This document shows positions 1 through 7,853 of a stretch of 64,000 nt of DNA, piece after piece. The notes below the pieces were generated by a model that was not told the DNA's origin, made no database searches, and was given only the letters and a program-made list of their open reading frames with translations. A program made the position numbers and the translations under genes. Source of the DNA: Anaerolineaceae bacterium. GTDB taxonomy: Bacteria > Chloroflexota > Anaerolineae > Anaerolineales > Anaerolineaceae. How positions within the stretch are numbered: the first letter of the stretch is position 1; every line of letters starts with the position of its first letter. Location: assembly GCA_963674975.1 (NCBI GenBank), contig OY771913.1, positions 2,315,484-2,379,483 on the forward strand, written 5' to 3'.

Positions 1-1000
1 TTTGAACTAATAAGTCGTTATCCTCTTCGTTTTTCCAAATTGTTTTCAACCCATTTTGAGCATAAGGAATGATAAAGGAAATATTCTCCAGATTTTTTCC
101 GTGATTTAGTTCATCCGTGAAAATCTGGAGTGTTGAAAAAATCTCAATTGCTTCGCTAGGCTGTATACGATCAAGGTTATCAAGAACAAAGATCCATTTA
201 GCTTCTTTATGAATTCTTATTATTAATTTAAAAAGATCCGAAAAAATTATTGAATCTAAATTTGTTGCAGTGGTTGTAACTTGTGATGTTTTATCAAAAA
301 TTTGGCTTATTTTTTTTGGAGAGAATAGATATTTAATACAAAGAGAAAAAACAAGAAAAAGTAAAATAGAAATAAAGAATTTCAGGCTTGGGATTAAACT
401 TATCCCGCTTGTAAACTTTGTTACTAGATTCAATTTTTCTACAAGAAAATTCGAAACGCTAATTCTTTGAAATATAAAATCAGGAATATATATAAGACTC
501 CAGTTGTTTATTGCAGAAGATATTAATGTATTTAATAATATAAAAAAAAATGAATAGAAAGAGATATGAATGACATCATCTGTTGTCAAGTCAGGCTCTG
601 ATCTACTTATGTTCGTATTATTAATAATTGATTGCAATTGATCATATTGATTATTAGTTATTTCGTCAGCTTTACGAATTTCCTCTAACCATGAATTTAT
701 ACCTTTTTCATGAAAATTTTTAAGAATTCTTAGAATGAAAGCTTTTCTTATATCCTGTTTAGAATGAGCCCAAGCATCGAAATTAATAAAATTAAAATCT
801 TTACTAATTTTTTCTTCAATAATCTTGATTATTGTAGATTTTCCAGAGCCCCATGATCCTTCTAATCCGATCATAGAGCATTTATCCTGAGAATTTATTA
901 ATCTTATTATTGCATTTGCAATACTTTCATGGGATTTATCTGTAAACTCGTCTTTAGGACTAGCTAAATCATTAAGTAACCGAGGATAATACTTTGTCAT
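1..1000 (-). CDS. KAP-family P-loop NTPase, first 333 codons (3' end beyond the window edge)
   Basis: Absent from the ORF track because no stop codon lies inside the window. My reverse-strand translation from ATG 1000..998 stays open to nt 1: MTKYYPRLLNDLASPKDEF...CSMIGLEGSWGSGKSTIIKIIEEK...FDAWAHSKQDIRKAF...(two hydrophobic segments)...KWIFVLDNLDRIQPSEAIEIF. Walker A GSWGSGKST, the FDAW motif, membrane segments inserted in the NTPase domain, and Walker B VLDNLDR together make the KAP signature. Confidence 0.8.
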   Translation of the reverse strand, partial: MTKYYPRLLNDLASPKDEFTDKSHESIANAIIRLINSQDKCSMIGLEGSWGSGKSTIIKIIEEKISKDFNFINFDAWAHSKQDIRKAFILRILKNFHEKGINSWLEEIRKADEITNNQYDQLQSIINNTNISRSEPDLTTDDVIHISFYSFFFILLNTLISSAINNWSLIYIPDFIFQRISVSNFLVEKLNLVTKFTSGISLIPSLKFFISILLFLVFSLCIKYLFSPKKISQIFDKTSQVTTTATNLDSIIFSDLFKLIIRIHKEAKWIFVLDNLDRIQPSEAIEIFSTLQIFTDELNHGKNLENISFIIPYAQNGLKTIWKNEEDNDLLVQ

Positions 1001-1020
1001 TAAAAATCCCCAATTTATTA
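1..1020. other. AT-rich compositional island (partial, continues left of the window)
   Basis: Visibly lower GC than the rest of the window. My hand count of nt 1-60 gives 19 G+C. The encoded protein is rich in Asn/Ile/Lys/Phe. The composition changes within about 20 nt of the stop codon of the next gene at 1021. Confidence 0.6.
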
Positions 1021-2448
1021 TTAGTAATCAATATACATTAATTGATCCCATATTTCCAGCATCGCCTTTGTATCCAGTTGGCAGTATTTCAAGAGATGCG
1101 AGATTATCTCGTTCTTTTCCTCTTCACTGAATTTATCGTACAGCATTTCCCACCAGGCGATGGAGGCTTCGTCTCCTTTGGCGATCTCCATTCCATCATA
1201 GGTAAGCTCTGGCACCAGCACCGGCAGTACTTTCTTGATCGAGGCGCTGCCGCGAAAATCGGGATGGATGTACAACCCCTTGCTGAAGATCTCCATCAGG
1301 TCGAAAACGCGGCTGTTGAGGTTTTCTAAGAATTCCGCATATTCAGGGTGGATCTCTGCCAGCTCGTTGTTGCGGGAACACTCAAACCCTTTATTCCACA
1401 CGATAACGCTGCCCTGAGGCTTAATGTATTGTGATAATTTCTCCAGCAGTTTGGGAGCGGGATCGCTCAATTCTGTGTGCAGAAATTCGTAATGCTCTAT
1501 CTCCGCATCAGGGGCGGGCAGGACGTGCAGGGAGAACTGGAATACGATGTGCTGGTTGGGCTTGTAGCCTTCGAATATCGGAATGGCAGGGTTGCAGGTT
1601 TCGTAATCCAGAAAATAGAGAGGATATTGCAGGCTTGCCAGCTTCTCTTGAATGGCTTCCTGATCAATTGAAGGCTGTCCGCTTTTTATCACGTCCACAA
1701 AGGCTTGCTGCGCATCGGATAATTCAAAATCAGTCGGGATATCCAGAATAGCGCGCACTCCCATATCCTTCAGCTGAAGGGCTTTCTTGCGGCTCAATCG
1801 GCTGATCTCATAGATGGGATGCTCCGGCAGATCGGGATGGCACAGGTCGGGGAAAGGACAGCTTTCCGGTTTGCGGCAGTGCTCGATAGATTCCGATGTT
1901 TTTTGAAGGAGCACTGCCTGCGCAGCCTGCATGCCGGTTTTCACCTGTGTGATCTGTTCGGCTGCCGCATCGGTGACATCCTCGATTGTAAAAAGAGCGT
2001 TCAGATCCAGCTCCCCATGCAGCCGGTATTCTTTATTGAGGTGCACTAGAAAAAGACTGCGTAGCGGAATACTCTGTCTGCATACCACCGATTGGAAAGC
2101 AATGTCATAAAGATCTGTTTTGTCGATGGAGGTACTGCTCTTGATCTCGTACAGATCGTAGCATTCCTCTTTTTCATCATAAATAAGCGCATCGGTGCGG
2201 GCGAGAAATAGATCTCGTAAATAAGTCTGCTGCCATAGTAATTTGGCACTCGCATATTCTTTACTCATGTGTTCTTTTAGAAAGTTCAACGCAAACGTTT
2301 CTACTTCCTGCCCCTGCTGCATGCGGAACTCATCCATGGCGGTGGGGAGGATGGCAGGTTCATACTCGTGCTTGAATGCCCAGAAATGCAGCGGGCAGTC
2401 AAGAAACAAACGGAAATCGCTTTTACTGATCGTTTTTTCTGACATCAT
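1021..2448 (-). CDS. DUF2779-type protein: N-terminal Cas4/RecB-like PD-(D/E)XK nuclease with Cys cluster, fused to a DnaQ-like (DxE) exonuclease-like domain
   Basis: 475 aa ORF. Motifs: YPLYFLDYETCNPAIPIF (the DUF2779 hallmark as I recall it); N-terminal DCP...TDALIYD...YDLYEIKSS (D...ExK) plus HCRKPESCPFPDLC (Cys cluster); C-terminal WNKGFECSRN and QLDTKAM, resembling Exo II/III motifs. Confidence 0.7.
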   Translation of the reverse strand: MMSEKTISKSDFRLFLDCPLHFWAFKHEYEPAILPTAMDEFRMQQGQEVETFALNFLKEHMSKEYASAKLLWQQTYLRDLFLARTDALIYDEKEECYDLYEIKSSTSIDKTDLYDIAFQSVVCRQSIPLRSLFLVHLNKEYRLHGELDLNALFTIEDVTDAAAEQITQVKTGMQAAQAVLLQKTSESIEHCRKPESCPFPDLCHPDLPEHPIYEISRLSRKKALQLKDMGVRAILDIPTDFELSDAQQAFVDVIKSGQPSIDQEAIQEKLASLQYPLYFLDYETCNPAIPIFEGYKPNQHIVFQFSLHVLPAPDAEIEHYEFLHTELSDPAPKLLEKLSQYIKPQGSVIVWNKGFECSRNNELAEIHPEYAEFLENLNSRVFDLMEIFSKGLYIHPDFRGSASIKKVLPVLVPELTYDGMEIAKGDEASIAWWEMLYDKFSEEEKNEIISHLLKYCQLDTKAMLEIWDQLMYIDY

Positions 2449-2546
2449 TACCCTCTTAAATGATTATAGCGGGAAAAGAATGAAAGGGTAATTGTTTAAT
2501 AAAGAAAGCACTTAGTTTTACTTAATAGGGAAGAGAGCGTGATTCT

Positions 2547-3497
2547 TTATAAACACTCTCCCAGATCACATAGACCATTCATATTCTCATCGATGTAACG
2601 CCGGCAGGAGCCAGGATAAGCGCATCCTTTCGAGCAGCGGATAATGCAGTCGGATGCACCCGGAGTGCTGGTTGGGGTAGGAGTAGCTGTAAGCTGAGGA
2701 GAACTATAGTCCTGTGCGGCGCCGGGCGTCGGAGTGGATGTGGATTCACTTTGCCCGCGGTTGCGGCGCTTATTGTGAATCTGCGGGTCCGCCAGTTCTG
2801 TTGAGCTGGTGGGTGCGGCAGTTGCTGAGGGAGTATTTCCCGGGGTGCTGGTTGGAGTAGAAGCAGTTGTTGAAACTGTCTGAGCGTCCACAACCTGATC
2901 TTCTTCAAGGAGAGATTGCAGGGTCTTGCTGCCTCCGATCAACATGGCTGCAAAAGATGCGATTCCAACGGTCCCCATCAGGCGCAGTGCTTCACGGCGT
3001 TCTTTAGAATAAGCAAGCAGAGCAGTCTCTCCTGTTTTTTGTGGAAGCGAATATTTGGAAGAAGGGTAAAATAGCTTTTGAGCGGTGGAGTTTATCCATT
3101 GTACATGAACCGCAATTTTCACGAAAAGGAGAACCAGGGCGCTTATGGAAGCGATGACATGAATATTCCGCAGCAGCAGGTAATTGTTCAAAGGAAGATC
3201 AAACCAGGAGGATATTAACAATCCGGTCAGGAGAATGATCTCAAACCCGAAAAGCAAAAGCAGGTCGATGAAGAATCGAATGCGCTGGCTGCCAGTATTT
3301 CGCAGGTTGATACGTTTGAGAATGTTCACAACCCATTTCCAGTGACGCAGCAGGTGGTAGACCGCCAGAATGCAGATGAATAATCCACCCCATTGATGCA
3401 GGGAGAGACCGGTGATTTCCAGCAGGAAAGCAAGGATGAAACCGATGAACAGGATAAGGTCTATCCACCAGTTTGTTTTATTGGTTTGCTTCTTCAT
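2547..3497 (-). CDS. Membrane protein: DUF4405-like 4-TM N-terminal domain, Thr/Pro/Ser-rich linker, Cys-rich C-terminal module
   Basis: 316 aa. TM helices carry conserved His (HQWGG, YHLLRHWKW, NIHVIAS, AVHVQW). The linker has TPTSTPG repeats. The C-terminus is CIIRCSKGCAYPGSCRRYIDENMNGLCDLGEC (7 Cys). Confidence 0.6.
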   Translation of the reverse strand: MKKQTNKTNWWIDLILFIGFILAFLLEITGLSLHQWGGLFICILAVYHLLRHWKWVVNILKRINLRNTGSQRIRFFIDLLLLFGFEIILLTGLLISSWFDLPLNNYLLLRNIHVIASISALVLLFVKIAVHVQWINSTAQKLFYPSSKYSLPQKTGETALLAYSKERREALRLMGTVGIASFAAMLIGGSKTLQSLLEEDQVVDAQTVSTTASTPTSTPGNTPSATAAPTSSTELADPQIHNKRRNRGQSESTSTPTPGAAQDYSSPQLTATPTPTSTPGASDCIIRCSKGCAYPGSCRRYIDENMNGLCDLGECL

Positions 3498-3701
3498 GAT
3501 CCCTTTTTAACTCTTTCGTTGAAATAGAATTTAATCGGAAGATATGAAAAAGTTGTGAATTATTTATGAAATATAAATGAGAGAAAGAGAAAAAATACTT
3601 TCATATGAAAATAAATCAATTGCTATATTTATTCAATTAATATAGAATTTATCAAGAGGGCAGAATTTTTTATATTTTAATAATTACTGGTTTGAGGGAA
3701 A

Positions 3702-6017
3702 ATGATTATTATTTTAATAAGTTCAATATGTTTACAGCTCTTTGCTGCAGTTTATGCCCTTACATTGATCAGATTGACCCGAAAAGCGGGATCGTGGCTT
3801 TGTATATCTATTGCCATTATCTTGATGACCATTCGCAGGGGAATAGCCTTATATCAAGTCATCAATGGTGAGACATTCCTTGAACTTGATTGGATCGAAG
3901 AATCTATTGCGCTGCTTACATCTATTTTATTGGCAGTAGGGATCGTCTGGATTGCCCCAATTTTTAAATCAATAAAGGAAACGAATCAATCTCTTAAAGC
4001 ATCGAACCGTGCTTTAAGAGCTCTCAGTGCATGTAACCAAACCATTATCCATGCCACCGATGAAAAAGAATTAATGAATGAGATTTGCCGGGTGATTGTC
4101 GAGATGGCGGGATACCAGATGGCTTGGGTGGCGATTGCGGTGGATGATCAAAAAAAGACAGTGCTGCCGGAGGCTGAATATGGTGTATCGGATGGATATT
4201 TGGAGAAAATCACGATCACATGGGATGAAAGTGCCACGGGAAAAGGACCAACTGGAACCGCGATCAGGACCGGGGAGATCTCCATTGCCCATGAGATAGA
4301 AAAAAATGCAAATTTTTTACCATGGAAAAAAGAAGCACAGGGACATGGCTTTCGATCATCCATTGCACTACCATTGAAATTTGATCATTCTCCAAATGGC
4401 GCTTTGAATATCTATTCCACCGAAACCGCGGCATTTGATGAAAAGGAAGTTGGATTATTAAGTGAACTTGCCAGTGACCTGGCGTTTTCTATCAACGTGA
4501 TTCGATTAAAGAAAGAGAAAATCGAGGGCGAGAATCGACTTTTTGAATCGCAACGTCGGTTGGAAGATATCATCGGAAGATCACCGGTCGGTGTGATCGA
4601 ATGGGATGAAGCCCTTCGGATAATATCCTGGAACCCTGCGGCAGAGAGGATTTTTGGTTTTTCAATGGAGGAAGCCATAGGGAAAAACGTTTCATTCATT
4701 CTGGAAGAGAATAATTCAAGTTTTATCAATGATGTTCTTATGAAGGTACTTTCCAAAGAAAACGGTGCGTTTGGAACAACTGAAAATAGAACCAAAGATG
4801 GAAAGGTCTTGATCTGTACCTGGCATAATATTCCGCTTTACGATGTGGACGAGAAATTGATTTGCGTGGCTTCTCTGATTGAGGATAATACTGAAATGAT
4901 AAAAGCAGAACGCGCGCGCGAAACCCAGTTGAAGAGATTGAATGCGCTCCGCCGTATCGATGTTTCCATCCTGGGCAGCCTTGATCTGCAGATAACGTTG
5001 AATATTATTCTGGATGAATGTGTAGAACAATTGAAAGCTGATGCGGCTTGTGTATACCTGTATGACCCGATCAAGAATAATCTTGAGTTCAAGAGCGGAA
5101 CAGGATTTAAAACATCCGCTTGGCAGGAAGGAACCATTCTGGCGGGGGAGGAATTGGCAGGGCAGGTGATCTTCAACAGGAAGATACTGCGCATAGATGA
5201 CCTGCGGGAGATCCATCTGAGTTCTACGCGGTTGAGCAAAATGAGGGACGAAAATTTTGTCAGCTACTGCGGGGTGCCCTTGATTGCCAAGGGGAACGTA
5301 AACGGGGTCATTGAGATATTCAACCGCTCTCTGCTGATAGAGAGAAATGGGTGGGAAGAATACCTGCAAACATTGGCAGGACAGACAGCGATCGCGATCG
5401 AAAATATTCGACAGTTTGAAACCATGCAGCAGTTGAACATGAACCTGGCGAATGCGTATGATAAAACACTAGAAGGTTTTTCAAAAACCCTGGAACTGCG
5501 GGACGAGGAAACCGAAGGACATACTCTGCGGGTCACCAATCTGGCAGTTTCTCTGGCTAAAAAGTGCGGGATCGATAAGAATGAACTCATCAATATCTAT
5601 CGCGGTGCGCTGCTGCATGATATCGGGAAAATAGGGGTCCCTGATTCCATTCTCCGGAAACCGGGTCCATTAACCGAGGATGAATGGATAATCATGAAAA
5701 AACATCCCGAAACTGCTTATAAGCTGCTTTCATCTATTCAATTTTTACGTCCAGCTTTGAACATCCCCTATTTACATCATGAAAAATGGGATGGCAGCGG
5801 GTATCCCTTGGGGTTAAAGGGAGAACAGATCCCAATTGAGGCGCGTATTTTTGCCGTCGTTGACGTATGGGATGCTCTCTGCTCTGACCGCCCCTATCGA
5901 AAAGCGTGGGACCGCAGCAAGGTTAAAAATTATATTGTTGAGCAGTCCGGAAAACATTTCGATCCGAAGATAGTAAATTGTTTCCTCGATCTGATCGATG
6001 AGCCGCAGCCGGAATAA
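3702..6017 (+). CDS. Membrane-anchored GAF-PAS-GAF sensor with HD-GYP phosphodiesterase domain
   Basis: 771 aa. N-terminal TM helices, then GAF-like and PAS-like segments. The C-terminus has HDIGKIGVP and HHEKWDGSGYP, the HD-GYP motifs. Confidence 0.85.
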   Translation: MIIILISSICLQLFAAVYALTLIRLTRKAGSWLCISIAIILMTIRRGIALYQVINGETFLELDWIEESIALLTSILLAVGIVWIAPIFKSIKETNQSLKASNRALRALSACNQTIIHATDEKELMNEICRVIVEMAGYQMAWVAIAVDDQKKTVLPEAEYGVSDGYLEKITITWDESATGKGPTGTAIRTGEISIAHEIEKNANFLPWKKEAQGHGFRSSIALPLKFDHSPNGALNIYSTETAAFDEKEVGLLSELASDLAFSINVIRLKKEKIEGENRLFESQRRLEDIIGRSPVGVIEWDEALRIISWNPAAERIFGFSMEEAIGKNVSFILEENNSSFINDVLMKVLSKENGAFGTTENRTKDGKVLICTWHNIPLYDVDEKLICVASLIEDNTEMIKAERARETQLKRLNALRRIDVSILGSLDLQITLNIILDECVEQLKADAACVYLYDPIKNNLEFKSGTGFKTSAWQEGTILAGEELAGQVIFNRKILRIDDLREIHLSSTRLSKMRDENFVSYCGVPLIAKGNVNGVIEIFNRSLLIERNGWEEYLQTLAGQTAIAIENIRQFETMQQLNMNLANAYDKTLEGFSKTLELRDEETEGHTLRVTNLAVSLAKKCGIDKNELINIYRGALLHDIGKIGVPDSILRKPGPLTEDEWIIMKKHPETAYKLLSSIQFLRPALNIPYLHHEKWDGSGYPLGLKGEQIPIEARIFAVVDVWDALCSDRPYRKAWDRSKVKNYIVEQSGKHFDPKIVNCFLDLIDEPQPE

Positions 6018-6046
6018 AAAAAAATCAGCGTAATGCTGGATTTTCT
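6018..6046. terminator. Short hairpin flanked by an A-run and a T-run, a possible bidirectional terminator (HD-GYP gene / tRNA-Arg)
   Basis: aaaaaaaaatCAGCgtaatGCTGgattttc. The stem is only 4-5 bp. The T9 run lies on the minus strand directly after the tRNA 3' end. Confidence 0.35.
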
Positions 6047-6047
6047 A

Positions 6048-6121
6048 TGCCCCAGGAGGGATTCGAACCCCCAACCTAGGCGTTAGGAGTGCCTCGCTCT
6101 ATCCATTTGAGCCACTGGGGC
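6048..6121 (-). tRNA. tRNA-Arg (anticodon CCU)
   Basis: Reverse complement: GCCCCAG-UG-GCUC-AAAUGGAU-AGAGC-G-AGGCA-CUCCUAA-CGCCU-AGGUU-GGGGG-UUCGAAU-CCCUC-CUGGGGC-A. This folds as a cloverleaf with a canonical T-loop. There is one A-C mismatch at the bottom of the anticodon stem. Confidence 0.9.
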
Positions 6122-6132
6122 ATATGTAAGGA

Positions 6133-6161
6133 ATTATAGCATTGCGAATAGGGGCTGACAA
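6133..6161 (-). promoter_or_regulatory. Predicted sigma70-type promoter for tRNA-Arg
   Basis: Minus strand reads TTGTCA-17 nt-TATAAT. The -10 element ends 11 nt upstream of the mature tRNA 5' end. Confidence 0.5.
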
Positions 6162-6220
6162 GAAAAGCGGAAAAAGGTCTTTCGCTCTGTCAAAGGATAT
6201 GAAAAACAGAAGAAAATTAT

Positions 6221-6247
6221 GCCCGTGAATGATATCCGGGCTTTTTT
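6221..6247 (+). terminator. Orphan intrinsic-terminator-like hairpin upstream of ftcD
   Basis: GCCCG-tgaatgatatc-CGGGC followed by TTTTTT. There is no plus-strand gene immediately upstream. A TATAAT lies about 20 nt downstream, at 6266-6271. Confidence 0.35.
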
Positions 6248-6291
6248 CAAAGATAGACACGGTTTATAATTTTCCCATATAAGGACCAAAT

Positions 6292-7839
6292 ATGAGTAAA
6301 AAATTAGTTGAATGTATTCCGAATTTTTCAGAAGCCCGCCGCCCGGATGTGGTGGAAAAAATTGTTCAGGCTATCCTTTCTGCTGCCGGTGTGCAGATCC
6401 TTGACAGGCATTCCGATCAGGATCACAACCGAACCGTCATTACGTTATTAGGTGAACCACAAATTGTGGAGGACGCTGTTTTCGAAGGGATCAAGCAGGC
6501 AGCGGCATTGATCGATATGGATCAGCATCAAGGCGAGCATCCGCGCATCGGGGCAACCGATGTGGTCCCTTTTGTGCCGATTCGCGATATGGAAATGAAC
6601 GAATGCATTGAGATCGCACGCCATCTGGCAAAGCGCGTAGCAGATGAATTGAACATCCCAGTCTATTTATATGAAGAAGCGGCTGTGCATCCCGACCGGG
6701 TGAATCTGGAGAATATCCGGCGGGGGCAGTATGAAGGATTGAAAGAGGAAGTAAAGACGCATCCCGAGCGCAAACCCGATTTTGGACCGGCTGAATTGGG
6801 AAAAGCGGGTGCCACCGTGATCGGTGCGCGCTTTCCCCTGATCGCATACAACGTATACCTGACCACGGATGATGTGAGCATTGCCAAAAAGATAGCCAAA
6901 CAGGCGCGCTATTCATCAGGGGGTTTGCGTTTTGTGAAGGCGATGGGGGTGCTGGTAGATGGTCGCGCGCAGGTTTCGATGAACCTCACTAATTTTCTAA
7001 AGACACCCATCGCGCAGGTGGTCGAATTCGTTCGGCGCGAAGGGCAGCGTTATGGTGTTGGAGTTCACCACAGCGAACTGGTGGGATTGATCCCGCAAAA
7101 AGCATTGACCGATGCGGCTGTATGGTATCTGCAGCTGGATCAGTATGAAGATGACCAGATCCTAGAAAACAAGCTGATGTCTGCTGCTTTTTCTCCTGCT
7201 CAAGGTTCAGAAGGTGTGGATACTGCTTTCCTGGATGCTTTAGCCAGCTCCAGTCCGACCCCCGGTGGAGGCTCGGCAGCCGCCTGGACGTCAGCCGAAG
7301 CAGCCGCGCTGGTAGCAATGGTAGCACGACTGACAGTCGGAAAGAAAAAATATAAAGATGTCGAAAAACAAATGTGGCAGCTAATTGAGCAGGCAGAAGA
7401 GCTGCGCGGAAAACTGCAGAAAGCTGTTCAAGAAGATGCGTCTGCTTTCGAGAAAGTGATGGCAGCGTTCAAATTACCCAAAGATACTGAGGAACAGATC
7501 GAGAAGCGCCAGAATGCAGTTCAAACAGCAACATTCGAGGCTGCGCGTGTTCCGCTGGAAACCGCAAAAATGGCTCTACAGGTGATGAAACTGGCAGAGA
7601 CAGCCAGCAGCATCGGGAATCTGAATGCTATAACTGATGCAGCGACGGCGGCTCAATTGGCTGCTGCCGGTATGGTAGGGGCTGCAGCGAATGTCAGTAT
7701 CAATTTAAATGGATTAGACGATCAAAAAACAAAAGAAGATTTTACGCATGAGTTGTTGTCTCTCAAGTCAGAAAAAGAGGCTATACTTACGCGGGTGGCG
7801 CAGAATACCACCGAACGTTCTCAAATCACATTGATCTAA
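6292..7839 (+). CDS. ftcD: Bifunctional glutamate formimidoyltransferase / formimidoyl-THF cyclodeaminase
   Basis: 515 aa. The N-terminus MSKKLVECIPNFSEARR is typical of formiminotransferase. The C-terminal helical domain (PTPGGGSAAAW...ARLTVGKKKY) is typical of the cyclodeaminase domain. Confidence 0.85.
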   Translation: MSKKLVECIPNFSEARRPDVVEKIVQAILSAAGVQILDRHSDQDHNRTVITLLGEPQIVEDAVFEGIKQAAALIDMDQHQGEHPRIGATDVVPFVPIRDMEMNECIEIARHLAKRVADELNIPVYLYEEAAVHPDRVNLENIRRGQYEGLKEEVKTHPERKPDFGPAELGKAGATVIGARFPLIAYNVYLTTDDVSIAKKIAKQARYSSGGLRFVKAMGVLVDGRAQVSMNLTNFLKTPIAQVVEFVRREGQRYGVGVHHSELVGLIPQKALTDAAVWYLQLDQYEDDQILENKLMSAAFSPAQGSEGVDTAFLDALASSSPTPGGGSAAAWTSAEAAALVAMVARLTVGKKKYKDVEKQMWQLIEQAEELRGKLQKAVQEDASAFEKVMAAFKLPKDTEEQIEKRQNAVQTATFEAARVPLETAKMALQVMKLAETASSIGNLNAITDAATAAQLAAAGMVGAAANVSINLNGLDDQKTKEDFTHELLSLKSEKEAILTRVAQNTTERSQITLI

Positions 7840-7853
7840 GGATTTCTATTTCA

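Noticed and set aside
270-470. 66-aa plus-strand ORF from the track
   Set aside because: It lies entirely antisense inside the continuous KAP NTPase reading frame (minus strand, open from 1000 to 1), in very AT-rich DNA where random ORFs are common. No motif or SD is present.
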